A stretch of DNA of 48,290 bases. Origin: Perkinsus olseni (taxonomy: Eukaryota). The notes under the pieces are model-generated. The model made no database searches. It worked only from the letters and a program-made list of their open reading frames with translations, and was not told the DNA's origin. Where the stretch lies: positions 1 to 48,290 of the forward strand of contig JABANN010000242.1 in the NCBI GenBank assembly GCA_013115125.1. The letters are read 5' to 3'. This document shows positions 32,881 to 45,917 of this stretch, in pieces (within the stretch, counting starts at the first letter, position 1; each line of letters starts with the position of its first letter). The position numbers and the translations under genes are program-made.

Positions 32881-33954
32881 TCACCGCTTGGATGACACAG
32901 GGATCTCCACAACCTCCTGTTTCTCGCTCGAAGTGACCCACTCCTCCGGCTCGTTCTGAACGGCCGTGAACTCTCGAGCATATCCTTCTATCTCGCAATC
33001 GGCGCTGCAAGTGTAGACGGCCACAACGCCGAAGTCGAAGTCGCAGGATGCCTTATAGACGAGCTGTGGTTGGATCTGGAACTCGAACTCCCGTGGGGCG
33101 CCACACCGTTCGCATGGTGTCGGAGAGGCGGGCTCCTTACCCATAGATGTCAGCCACACCGGCTCGCCTCCGCGACAGTAGTAGACGACGTGACCGGGAT
33201 TAGCCTTGGCGAGGATCTCAAACTCCTTGTGGGCCTGGTCGTCGGCATCTATCTCCGGGCACAGCTCATTGAATGCCTCCACCTCTGAGTCATCCATGAT
33301 CTCATCCTCGTCCTTCTTCTCATACTCTTCAAGCAGATGACCCTCATCTCCAATTAGATCCGAAGTCAAGACATCACTCTCGCTGTCAGTCATCTCCTCG
33401 TCGCATTCCTCAATGAACAAACCGAATTCATCAACCTTCAACTTCCACCGACCCTCCAGCCTCCGCCGGCAGGCCACGTGAACCCCCTGGTCATCACACT
33501 CAGCAACATCACGTGGTAGGCCACACAGAGAGCAGCTCCTTGAAGTTATGAGATCGTCGCTGACCGTCGTGTCGTCCTCTGAGGCGGGAACGGGCGGGTA
33601 GTAGGCGTTGTCTCTCGGCAACTGTGACCGCAACGCTCTGAAAGACCCAGGGCAGCAGGTGCAAGCGAAAACGTAGATGGTCCGGTGAAAGGCGGCGTCG
33701 TTCTCTCCGGGGGAGTAGAGTTGAGCTAGGAAGGCCATCGGCTTGGCACAGGAGTCACAAGTGAGCTCCCCCGATGGCAGCAGCTCTGGATCCAGCCAGG
33801 CGGGAGAGCCACCAATTTTACTAGGGAAATATCGTCGTTGAAGAAGATGGTCTTTGCGAGGCTTCACGGCGTAACCGACGAGAGGGGCCGGGCCGTACTC
33901 CGAGGTACTCGAGGCCTCTGATTCGGATCCATGACAGGGAGAGGTCACGTCCAT
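32881..33954 (-). CDS. PDCD2: Programmed cell death protein 2-like (PDCD2/Tsr4 family), single exon
   Basis: SKIGGSPAWL, C..C..PMAFLAQLYSP, FHRTIYVFAC, PCERCGAPREFEFQIQPQL, DFGVVAVYTCS..C. Confidence 0.9.
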   Translation of the reverse strand: MDVTSPCHGSESEASSTSEYGPAPLVGYAVKPRKDHLLQRRYFPSKIGGSPAWLDPELLPSGELTCDSCAKPMAFLAQLYSPGENDAAFHRTIYVFACTCCPGSFRALRSQLPRDNAYYPPVPASEDDTTVSDDLITSRSCSLCGLPRDVAECDDQGVHVACRRRLEGRWKLKVDEFGLFIEECDEEMTDSESDVLTSDLIGDEGHLLEEYEKKDEDEIMDDSEVEAFNELCPEIDADDQAHKEFEILAKANPGHVVYYCRGGEPVWLTSMGKEPASPTPCERCGAPREFEFQIQPQLVYKASCDFDFGVVAVYTCSADCEIEGYAREFTAVQNEPEEWVTSSEKQEVVEIPVSSKR

Positions 33955-34180
33955 TGTGGGCGTGGTTAGAACTAAAACACATCAGACCTTCAGGAACCTC
34001 AAGAAGCGGCACGGTCGCAGGCTCCAACCTCCTGCGTGTATCTCACGTTTCGATGGAAACTCCGTGTCGGTGTGAAATTCCCATCAGCGACTGCCCAATC
34101 TCCCACAATCGATCAGTGCATGAACCCCCGTCACACAAAGCTTCGAGTTGCAAAAAATTACGAGACCTGTATATTATAGT

Positions 34181-35101
34181 CTAGTACTTCTTAATGAAGG
34201 CAACATAAGCAAACACTAGGAGGGGTACAGTAAAGATGATGGTGCAATGAAGACTGTTCAATCCAAAGGCAGAGCCTTCGACCATCCAGTGGCTTCTCTT
34301 GTACCATCCCGTGATGCAGGCGATGTATGCCAGCATCAACGTCACCTTGCCGCCGTACCTGTATGATTCCATCAACAGGAAAGAAGACTCGCCCAGGGCT
34401 TACTTGTGGAACATGCGTACGTAGGCCTCCACCGTCGGAGAAGTCCTGATCTTGCAGTCAGGGTCAAGGGCGAAGAAACCCCCACATGCCTCACCTAGAT
34501 GGGGACTCGACGACGCGGGGAGGAGCCATGCTGCCTACCAACGAGCAGACCGGCGGCTGTTACACCTATCCAAGAATGCCAGGATACTAGATGGCTCTTG
34601 TGATGCATCTCTTTGTTCGTGTAGATGACGTAGACGCCGCCAACGAAGAGAGTTAATGTGAGGAAGAGCAGAAAACCGTGAGTCTTGGTATTGTAATAAC
34701 CTGAATTAACATTACAATAGACCATGAGCTCACGCGAAAGAATGGTGGGGGGGGGTGCCTTGCCCGTCGACCGAATCAGAGAGCCCCGAAAGGATATGAG
34801 CCCAGGACGTGGATATAGGACGAAAGGATATAGGGCCCTACGGACGTGTCAGTACCTCCTATTTTCTTGATGAGCACTGCCGAAGTGGCGACTGGTACTG
34901 TTCCAATGAGCATCAGGAAGGGGTGCCAGCAGAACCAATCAACAGGGGCTGAAGGACCATCAGTGGCAGAAGAGTCGACATCGATAGTAGTCCGGGAGGG
35001 AACTCTGACTCACTAGGCTTTAGCATAAGTACTGCAGCTACGGTGAAGACAAGGAGCGGCCCGATCATGGCCCTGACGAAGGAGGCGTGAAAGGCAGGCA
35101 C
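34181..35101 (-). CDS. Cytochrome b561-like membrane protein (multi-exon)
   Basis: Hydrophobic helices with KTHGFLL, NKEMHHKSHLVSWHSWIG and RMFHK|YGG His motifs typical of CYB561D-type proteins. Confidence 0.65.
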
Positions 35102-35407
35102 AGCGGAGGGTGTCGATTGACCAGTGTCGGAAGCAAAGCAAGTCGAAGTGACTTACTGGAAGTACGTCCTGCGTCTTCGAGTCTCGTCAGCCTTAATCTT
35201 GGCGAGAGATTCTGCACTCATCGATACCGGGGGAGCCGTTGTGCAAAACAAAAAAGGAATAACTAAAACGTGCATGAATGCCTGCGGTGTGCGCATGACC
35301 CGTCCATCCGGAACCGCAACACAGCGAGATGACTGAGATAATGCAAGCACTCGAGCACACAACACCATCGTGGGAGTAATATACAATGACGTGGATCTAG
35401 GGCAGAT

Positions 35408-36207
35408 CTAGCCAATAACAGAGGAAGCGTTGCTGTCCGAAGAAGAGGAACTGCTGCCGGCCATCTTGTCGGAAAACTCGATCATCGTGTTGATGAACAC
35501 CTCGTTGGTCATCCCCCGCGGACAATATCCGCAGGTGGTGCCCAACTTGGAGACATCTTCACAATTGCTGTACATGTTATCAAAGAAAACGCATTCATCG
35601 TAATCCAGTCCAGTGGAGGCTCTGATCTCTCTCATATGCTTCTGCTTGTTCTGCCACCCCCATCCCTCGCCAGCCGAGACCTTCTTCAACGACAGCCCTG
35701 GCTGACCGATTATGGGATGAATAAGGTCGAGGACTTGCATAGCCCATCGCGGCTCCGCTGTCTTCGAGGCGTATCCGATTTCCACTCCGTGCCTCACCAG
35801 CCACGTCATTATAGCGGGTACATCATTGAACAGAGTTAAAGAAGGTGACCCTGAGAAACAGAAGATTCCATAGCGTAGGTTGGGCAGTGAGGCTCACCTT
35901 TAGAGTAAATAACCCGGCCGTCATACTTGAAAGGAGGGCCGTAACAGAACTCGACATCTCCCTCCCATACGGTGTCGTCTAAGTCAAACACCTAGAGTAA
36001 AGAAGTGGATGTTGCCCGAAGATGAAACTCTGAGTCTCTTACCACATGCGTGGGGAGAACTGCCAACCTCTCGCGAAGATCTTCTAGTCCAGTAAGGTTT
36101 TCCTGGTCATCTCGCGTCGTCGACTCGGCCTTTGCATGCGACGTCATCGAGTCAACATCCACGTTCTTGTCCCGCCGACGGGCGGACTTCACTCGCCTCT
36201 TCACCAT
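35408..36207 (-). CDS. MDP1: Magnesium-dependent phosphatase 1-like (HAD IIIC)
   Basis: VFDLDDTVW (DxDxT), GPPF, ASKT..P.WA, K.KH..I..TG..Y..VFFDN. Confidence 0.85.
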
Positions 36208-36713
36208 AGAAAAAGATATTCAATTCAACGTCCTGAACGCCCGTTGGAACCCCAACCCATCAACATAACCCAATTACCGATGATGATGGAGTGGAGCCCC
36301 CAAAAACGGTCCTACAAACAGCGGAAGTGATGGTTGTAAAATATGATATAAAACTTAGGATCTGGACACCGAAATCTGTCCGTCCTGAAGACAATGAGCA
36401 GCATCATGATGGTAACAGTTCTCGGGACTCCTGCCGAACAGATTCGGCGGCTGCGCGAGCCTCGCTGGCCAAGCCCGCTGCCACTGTGTGAAAGCGTTTG
36501 GTGCGACGATGAAGGAGTCGGGAACCCCCAGGTGCCAAAAACTCCGCTGGCTCCTCGCCAAGTCCCATACCCGATACAGTAGTCGATACTCCGCTAAGCG
36601 ACCGACCCTTTCTGTCACTCAAGGTCGAGAGACCAAGACTAGGCAGTCTGATCGCTGATCCCATTGTGATTTTTTCCTGATCGTCCAAGTCCGAATTGAC
36701 GAGTATGGTTGTT

Positions 36714-37176
36714 TTAAACTCGGAGGAGTCGATGATACGAATAGAACCTGCAGGAGGGAACTGAGGCTTCCTGAATCCAATGCGCAGCCGTTCGGGGCTC
36801 ACCATCCGGTCTGAGGCACTCGAATCTCGTAGCCCGGGAATCCTTGCCAGCGTTCGCATCGGGGCCAGTGGGGATGGACAGCTTAGACTCCGCTAGGGCG
36901 AGGAGGTCGAGTTCGCGAATGGGAGCGCTCACATTCCGATCTGACAGCTGAAATGACGAGAGATCACCACAGCATCGCTGCCGTCCTACACAGCTTCTCC
37001 ATGGCATCCCTAGCAACCGCGTACTTGGCTGCTATTGAACCTGCCACTGCTTCGCCTAAGGCTCGATCTGACGGTTCCTTCTCGTCAAGTTCCGCTCCCA
37101 TAGGTGACGAGTCCGACTTGCGGGTGGTGCACGGTAAGGAAGAATCGGTGAGAAAAGGGGATCGGGAATTGGACAT
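36714..37176 (-). CDS. Hypothetical protein
   Basis: Minus-strand ORFs joinable by a short intron; no recognisable motif. Confidence 0.3.
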
Positions 37177-37321
37177 ACTTATGTCAGCATGGATCTGCAA
37201 AAAAAGCCTAGTAGAACTGAGCCACCACGAACGCAAATCTCCACAGTGTGAAAGACTCAGTAAATGGTTAAGCGTTGACAGAAAAGCACGAAGCAAGGGC
37301 TGCCTAGCTGCCCAGTGCCTT

Positions 37322-39099
37322 CTAGATCCACAGAGATAGAACGGCCATCGCCCCAAAGCCCACCAGGACTGCAGTAAGCTTGCTAAAGCGACCCTCAGCA
37401 GAGGCAAAGACTTGAGGTATTATCTCCATCGAGCTCACCTGCGACGGGGAAGGTGAAGGTAATGATGAAAATTAGAATTGAAGGCACCGCAACGGCCTAC
37501 TTGCAGAAAGGTTCCGGATGCTAATGCCTTGCACACGGCGCTGAAGACAGCCGCTGTGTGCATGCTACCCCCAGAGGACACTCCGATATCACCGAAGAGA
37601 GCACCGATTGGTGTACCTGAGCCCAGGGAATGGAGAATCGTCTTGGACAGACGAGATTTCCAGCCTCACCAGCGGCGAATATCAAGCTGAGTACTATATA
37701 CCGCCTTTCTGAGATTGCGGACTCAACTAAACTGCATCCCAATGCGAATGCCGCTAAAGCCTGAGGTACCGAGGAAGCGGATGAAATAGGAGATGAAGGG
37801 AAACAGGAGCGACTGACCTTATGAGCTAGAATGGCTGTTAGGACAGGGACGACCTCCCAGGAATGCGTCGCCGATCCGATACCCAAACCCTCCATGACCG
37901 AATGGAAGCTGAAAAGGTGAAAGTGACGGCGATGCGTCCGCCGCGCGATTCTACCAGGATCACCTTAGCGCAATGAAGAGTGTTATTGCACCGATTTCCG
38001 CGCATGGACCAGCCTTTTGCGGTGTGTGTTTGAGTTGCACGTGATATGGATGGTGGTGATGATGGTGTCCTAGGATATGCTTGATAGCCTCTTTCGGGCC
38101 TTCCGCCGCAAGCTTACTGTCCCCAGTTTCAACATCACGATGGTGGACTGAATCGATCTCTGACAGGGTTATGAGCACGGATAAGACATCGTTCGAATAC
38201 AGAGTGGCAAGGTTTTCTTCCCTTACGTTCGATATCAGCTTGGTTGATGCTGTGACTGTGGTGATGGACGTGGTCGTGCTCGTGTACAGGGCAGCACTCA
38301 TTGTGGTACCGCGGTAGTAGGGGATCTACAAGACCGTCCTTCTCCTGTGCATTCCGATTATCGATCGCCTGCCAAGACTAACAGTAATACTCGAGAGCCA
38401 AGGAGCTCTGAAATACCTCGCAGCAGCTGTCAGGATCGTCTCCCTCGCAGCAACCATGAGGACCAACAAGCTCCTTCCTAAAGGTTGGATCGGTACAACG
38501 CCGCTCATCGAGCTACGCCCACTACTAACCTCGGTAGGATAGAGAACTGAGCCTTGTACGTCACACAAGCAGCGTCCGAGTGTGGCACTGCTGTGCTTGC
38601 TGGCAGAAGAGCTGATACTATCTCCTCAATAGAGAGTAAGAGCAGGAATGCCACTGCGGCTGATGTGCATGCAAGGAGGGCACCTGCGGCCTTGAGTAGG
38701 ATGGCGTCCAATGAGAGATGAGCAATATTACCGAATTGCGGTTGATAATCTACGTAGGCCTCTATGAGGTCTCCAACAGCGTCAGGAAGCATATGGCATA
38801 GACCAGCAGCGAACAGGACCCCGGCAGTGAAGGCTTGAGAGACCGAGAACAAGAGAGGCTTTTTGATCTTCCCTATCTAAATAGCAAGGACTTCGAGATG
38901 CAACGCGTGGTCCTCCAGCGAAGAAGCGCAGAATGGGCGCAGATCAATAGGAGCTATTTTCAGATCAGCTCGCCCCTCCCCACCAGGATCCCCATGGTAC
39001 CTCCTTCGCCGCCCATAGACCTGCCAATGCCACCAATACAGCTGCTAGAATTGCTAGTAGCTTCGCTGTATTGAGGGACATCAGAGACATGATCTCCAT
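37322..39099 (-). CDS. ZIP (SLC39) zinc/iron transporter (multi-exon)
   Basis: AFTAGVLFAAGLCHMLPDA, His-rich loop HILGHHHHHPYH, FHSVMEGLGIG, AILAHK, TPIG, ALASGTFLQVSSMEIIP. Confidence 0.92.
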
Positions 39100-39339
39100 A
39101 GGGGGAGCCGCTGAGGACCCAAGTAGCAAGGAACAACCCAAGCATCCAAGAACCGGACACGAACCCAAGAATAGTTAATTGGAAGGAAATAGTATGATAC
39201 TATTAGTATCCGATTGCGATACTCAGAATGCACCGATACAGTAACGTACACAGAAATAAATCAAGGCAGCGCTGTGAGGGGTTAAATTGGGTATTGGGAA
39301 ACCCGTGGGCATTAAACCCTAACAAATGCTGTCGTTGCA

Positions 39340-40903
39340 TCAGTCGTGGGTCCGCCTTAGGTAACCCTTACTACGGAGTTCCTTAACGACCTTAGGGATG
39401 GCGTCCGTAAGAGCACCTCCCAGGACGCAGCATCCACCAACGATAACGTACCATGTTAGAGGGTGGTTTAGGAAGAGGGCCTGAGCAGGAACATAAACTG
39501 TGTGTTGCTCGCCAAATTAGCGGAAAACAATCCCCCCCGCCGAATGGCATTTCAGCTCCCTCAACGAGCATTAGGAAGTGAGCGCAGCAGGCCAAGACAA
39601 GGCTTCTCACGGATACCTGCACTACCTGGTAAATGAAGGCAAAGATGAGGTCCGACTGTCTGACAAGCGAACTGGTCACGGCAGACTGGCAGAGCTGCAT
39701 TCCGTAGTTGAAGGTGGACTGACCAACGAGGGCGCAGCAGCCGACCGATACGATAACTATATAAGGCACGACACCACGGGGCCACCTCAGAGGGGCTAGC
39801 TGTGATATCAGAGGGATGGTGGCTACGCATGTGCCAATGATAGCAAAGGCGAAGACAAGCTGAGCCCAATGTGCCTGAACAAGGAGCATGCATTCGCGAC
39901 CCCCTGGTGTTGATCAGCGCCATAGCACCAAAGGCAATCTGCCCTTCCCGGTATTACCCTACGGCCAATGTTGCTAACAGTAATGAAAACCATAGCAGAG
40001 CAGAAGCTACCGCAAAGGCAGACTATGATAGCCAACCATCTAGGCAGCTGGGCATCGACATTGCCCATAGCTTCATATCCACCAGCGGAGGCACCGAATA
40101 ACCACGTCGGATGGGCGATGAAGAAGACCTGACCAAACACCTCTCATGAACCGCACACTTCCGCGTCCGTTCGAGTCGTATAATGCTGTAGACACATTGG
40201 CGTCTTCCAAACCCGGTTCTTACACCGCAAACTGCCAACAGGACGGCCAAGACCTGCCTAGGGACGATCTTCTCGTGGATGAGGATAGGGGCTAGCGTGA
40301 GCGTGAACATAGGCTGAGTGAAGAAGAGACTCGAAGCATCAGCCAGTGGTAGCTGGGATAGCGAATAGTATCTGCAGCATACATGAGCATACATCCTGTG
40401 TTACTCATGTCATTCGAAAGCCCTAGAAATTTCCAATCTACTGAGTCCGATCTCGTTCCAATATCCACAATAGGCTTGATGAATCAGCCCCGGTCCGACT
40501 CTATCCGACCTCCCCGCCAACGACCGGAGTATTCCTCTTACAGAATCCAGTTTCCGGCCGCTCCGAAGAGTCCTCTCAGCATGACCCACCAGAAGAGATG
40601 ATGGGGTGCATGGATGCTAGGCAGGACAGGGACCTTTGCCGCCCTACAAGCTAGCCACGCGAAGATCAACTGCATTATGCATCGGACGAACATAGTCTCG
40701 GAGGAGGCGAACCAGCGGCTGGCAATGGATGCCAGGAAGCTCATCGTGGAGAAGGCGATAGCCGATATGAACAGAAACATGACGCCCAGGCCCATGTGGA
40801 CGTCGCCGCGGGAGTTCGCCCGGGGGCGACTCGACACGGAGGGGTTGCTGCCTGTTTTAGCGAGCAAGGGCGACGTTGACTCTGTTGAGAAATCGGACTT
40901 CAT
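39340..40903 (-). CDS. EamA/DMT (SLC35G-like) transporter, copy 1
   Basis: MFVRCIMQ, LRGLFG, YYSLSQLPLADASSLFFTQPMFT..LA..IHEKI, GVFFIAHP.WLFG, GQSTFNYGMQ. Confidence 0.88.
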
Positions 40904-41301
40904 AGAAACGAAGAAACACTACAAATTCGAGAAGAATACGGTTCAGGTAATCTGACCGCCGGATGCCGCTCTGTCCAATCCAGCATGTGTAGTTGGGAAG
41001 TCCTTGGTGTCCTACTGCCCGCAACCCATTCGCCCACTTTAGGATCACTGGCCACTGTCGCACTACTCTTTACCACCAGCCATACAAGGCCCTATGCATT
41101 GAACGCGACAAGAAGTCGGAGACATAACGTTCCGGAAACTATAGCTGAGATTAACAGATGCCTACGGAGCTCCCACAAGCTCCCATTAAAGTAGTATGCT
41201 GAGCCACTTATCACAGCACTTACCGCGCGCCACAAAATGCCAGGAACCATCGAAATGCGAAGCGTGAAGACCGTAGATCCCCTTTAGGAACGGTTGGAAA
41301 T

Positions 41302-42762
41302 TCAACATTCAGCCTTGCGGCCTGCGCCAGCATTCCCAATGTACCCCCTAGACTTGAGCTCAGTGACAAGCTTGGGGACGGCATCCACTAACGCTCCACA
41401 GAGAACGAAGGAACCCCCTGCGAGGGTATACCAGGTGAGGGGGTGGTTGAGGAGGAGGGCCTGACAAAAAATCGCGTCAATGATCGAGTTAATTGGAGCC
41501 TTGCAGTATCCCACCTGATAGATGAATGCAAAGACTAAATCAGTCTGTCTAACCAGGGAGCTAGTGACTGCTGACTGGCAGAGTTGCATGCCATGATTGA
41601 ATGTTGATTGGCCCAGCAAGGCACAGCAGCCGAGGAGGAATAACATAACAAAGGGCCAAGGAGATGACGGCATTCTCAATGGGGACCACTGGAAATATAG
41701 CGGTATGGCAGCGACTACTGTACCGAATGCAGCGAAGGAGAACACCAGCTGGGCCCAGTGTGCCTGAGGATGCACTGATGCAGTAAGCGGGCTCCTCAAA
41801 GCTCAATAACATCTACAGTAACGCACAACCGAGGGGTGTAATCACGCGGGCAGGACTAGGTTGGCCCGCTTATAGATCCGGCAGTTGAAAGTTTGACTGA
41901 AAAGCATTCTGAATGATTCCACCGCGTGCCCATAGCCATAGTCAAATTCTCCATTTCCGGAATAGCAAGCTATTTGCCTTTCCCTCTCCTTTACTACCCT
42001 CTTTCCTATATGAGTGACTGTTATGAATACAAGAGAGGCTATGAAGCTTCCACTAAGGCATACCACAATAGCCAGCCATCTTGGTATCTGGGCATCTACA
42101 TTATGCATAACGCCAGTGGTTGCAGCAGAGGAAGCTCCGAATAGCCACGTGGGGCGAGCTATGAAGAAGACCTGAGGAACACTGCTAGCAAAGAAAGTAC
42201 CAGTGCTGCTGTCTACCCCACAGACCGCCATCAGAACAGCCAAAACCTGCCTCGGTGCAATGCTCTCGTTAATAACAAGCGGAGCTAAAATTAGAGTAAA
42301 CATAGGCTGCGTGAAGAATAGGCTGGAGGAGTCCGCCAGGGGTAGCTGAGAGAGCGAATAGTACCTGTAACACCAACGAGTTCAGCTCGGCATGCACACT
42401 AGGGGAGACCAAGGCGCTCGCACTTACAGTATCCAATTGCTCAATGCTCCGAAAATGCCTCTAAGGATGACCCAGCCTAGTAGGTTGTCCGACTCCTTCC
42501 GACTCGGTACAGGGGCTACTCCCGCCCCACAGCATACAAAATAGGAGAATATCAATTGCATAAGGCATCGAGTGAACATAATCTCAGATGATGAAAACCA
42601 GCGGCTGACCACAGAGGCCAGGCAGCTCATTGTGGAGAAGCCCAGGGCCGAGATGAGCAGCAAAAGGATGCCTTTGCCCAGCTGCACCTTCCCGCGAGGA
42701 TTCGACGCCCGTTCCAAGAGCGGCTCCGTCACTGCCGGGACGGTTGCAGTAGTGCTTTGCAT
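41302..42762 (-). CDS. EamA/DMT (SLC35G-like) transporter, copy 2
   Basis: Close tandem paralog of copy 1 with the same motifs and matching intron positions. Confidence 0.88.
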
Positions 42763-43271
42763 TACAACAAAACTGAGAGGAGCAGTGGACGTGGCGTGCT
42801 GATGTGAGCCCAGACGAATACGCGGCGAAAGGTATCACAATCGTCTCAAGGCTTGGTAGGCATCATGGAAATAATCCGACAGCTCAGCAGCAGAGGTCCA
42901 ACGGCGCAACACCACTAAGAGCATAAATATAGAAACGCTAGAAGTAGTCCTATAACGTTCGAACGTGATTAAGGAACAGTAACATTAAGGACACGACCGA
43001 CTGCCTGGCCGGCAGAAGGGTAGGAAGGACACAGCGCTGTAGAGAAACGTTGAAGGCGGAGAGAGCATTCAGACTGCTGACGATTGGCTAGGCTCGCACT
43101 GCCTTGCCTCGGACTTAACATCATTAGACATACAAAAAACAATACACTTGCGAGCACTCCAAAGGAGGCGGCTCTGCCGCTATAACGATTCCTTCAGGGT
43201 GTTTATAATAGGAGAAGGGCAACAGCCGGTACTTAGATGAGCGCAACCTGGCAGAACGTAACTAGGCATTT

Positions 43272-45379
43272 TTACTTCGAGCTAGCCCTTTCATCAGAGT
43301 GCGCTTCCCCGGCTGGGACTTTCTTGATACGGAGGAATTTGCCGGCAATCAACGCCAATGGTGCACTGATGACCGACAGGAGAGCGCCTAACTTGGCCTC
43401 TTCCAAAAGAGCCGGCTCTGCGTAGGCTGATTGAGCTACGAAGAGAGCCACAGTGAGGCCGGCACCAGACACTATACCGACAACGAATAGGTGCCTGTAC
43501 GTCATACCATCTGGCAGGCCAAACCTCATCAGGTAGCTGGCAACCCAGCCGAAGGTGAAGATCCCGATGGTCTTGCCTATGATCAGAGAAGTTGTAACAC
43601 AAAGCGTGACGTAGCCAACCGATTCACTGGTGAACTTGATACCAGCATTGGCCAGGGCGAAGAAGAAGAGACCACAGTGTACCCAGAAGGCGCAGTCATA
43701 GTCAAACTTCTCCAAAGGCCCCGCTACTACCCCGCTGTCCAGTGGTGTCTCGATGGTATCGCTGGCCGAGTCGCATTCAGAAGATGCGTCGTCATCATCA
43801 TCATCATCCGCTTTCCTATCCCTCCATCTGCGCCACGCCTTGACGAAGAAGTTGGGTTCACTGGTGTCAATCTCCTTAGGCATGAAGGGGACAACGAGAC
43901 ACAGGGCCAAAGAAGCGTGGACAGAAGCCTTCAATAGGCCATACCACGCTAGAGGGCCACACAGGAACACGTACCATGCCCAATGCTTCACTTTCAACGT
44001 ACGAAGGAAGAATGCCAACACACATGCGGCTAAACATAAGAGCAAATAGAGGTATTGCGCCTGGTGTGCTGAGGGGTAGAATATGGCGATGACTAGCATG
44101 CCACCGACGTCGTCCGAAACGGCCAGCAGGAGTATGAACCGGATAGCGGCATGGCCACCACCAAATACGAACGAAGCCACCAGCCATGCAATCGAGATAT
44201 CAGTCGATACTACAATACCCCAGCCATTGAGTATGGCCTTCAGACCCTCATCGTAGTCGTCGAAGCCCCCGCAGAGGTTAATAATATATACTAAGGCGAA
44301 GAAGACCAGTATGGGACCGAGCATTCCACCGAGGGTACCTACAACAACACTGTGGAGGTGCAGTCAGATGAGTAAAGCACTCACTCATGAGGGGGACAAT
44401 TGCCTTCTTCATTGGGGACAGAGAGCCACCTGGAAGGACAGCCTCGACCACCTCCACCATCGCAATGCCGAAGAAGAAACACATGAAGACGTCGTTAAGC
44501 AGGAGGTTAAGCGTGACCTGACCGAGCCAGAGTACCTACTACTCCCTTTCCCAGTGCATTACCGGCTCCCCAGCTATGCTAGTGCCACCAAGGTCGAGTG
44601 TTTTAGCCTCATCGTTGCCCCACAAGTAGACATAACTATCTTCGTCTATGTTGGCCCAGAGGAGCCCAGCGAGCACTCCCAGTTGTAATGGTATGAAATA
44701 GGTCGTTACTATTCGGCGGATATACAGATACCAATGCCTCCATGTAGTAAGGAACCTACGCCGGGAATTACAACTACTTCGATCGGCCCCAACCGGAAAC
44801 CCTCATGTATCGCGCCCCACAGATCTACAACGCCGCACGTAAACAGCAGAGCTTGGGCGATAGCTTTTCCCGTACATGTCGAATAAACGCATCCCCTCGG
44901 TACTACTTCCGCGGATTCTTCACTTCAGCAACGAGAGTCTCATCGTGCCCTCTGAAGAATCTATCGTGCGTCTCCAACGCCAGTTCCACGCGCAGCCGAG
45001 TCGCCTCCGTTACCAGCGCACCATCGGTCTCAGCACGCTTCACATTCTGCAGGAGAGAAAAGCTGCCACGCCTCGCAATGATAGCATCCTTACATCCTCA
45101 TAGACGTCGCGGGGAATCCTAGTAGGCGAGGCGTCCCTAAACTCAGAGTCTGTTCTCGGTCTGATGAACCGATTGTGCTGAGGAACGATGGTCGTTTTAC
45201 TCCGCGGCACCGCCATGTCCGGTACCTGCTGGCAGCGGTTCCCTCTATACGCCAGTCAGGTCATATACTACCTCGGCGAACGTTGCATGCTTCTTTACAG
45301 TCGCCCTGTCAACAGAAGGCACCGCGGTGCAGTGTGATGTGTTGTGGAGCTCAATCCCACCAACAGTTTCATAAGTCAT
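43272..45379 (-). CDS. nhaA: NhaA-type Na+/H+ antiporter, copy 1
   Basis: [86 protein letters not shown]. Start approximate. Confidence 0.9.
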
Positions 45380-45917
45380 TCAGGAAAAATCGAACCTGCG
45401 CATCAAGTACGGTCCACCAAGCCCTCCTGGCATTCAAAGGACTGGGACCATCCCACAGTGACCATGTATTACGGAACCGCCCAAACGAAACTTCTCAACT
45501 CGAAACCAGCAGGTACTGCTGCTCAAATGAAACTTTCCAAGCGCAGCACCCTCACCTCTAAAGGCCATGACGAACTCTACAGAAATGGTGCGAAACCGTA
45601 TGTCCCAAAAAAAGCGTCGACTAGTTGTCATAGAAGTGTGTGAGATATCACGTTTGGTGATAATGATTAGGACCTTTACATACTGATAAGAGGGAGATGG
45701 ATATAGACGAGCTATCCTTGACATCTCACCGACATACGCATCAACAACAGGCGGATAGACCAGGACGACGACAACGACACTACTAATACATTATGACCTA
45801 TTAACAGACGTTACACCCGTCGGCAGCATCCGAGAGGACCATCGAGAAACGCGTTCACTTTGACGCCTTCTGCGCTCCTAGACCTTAATAGCAATGCTCA
45901 CACTATGCGAGCAGGCT

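Noticed and set aside
36280-36582. Small plus-strand ORFs between MDP1 and the next gene
   Set aside because: Short, motif-free and overlapped by alternative ORFs; cannot be supported.
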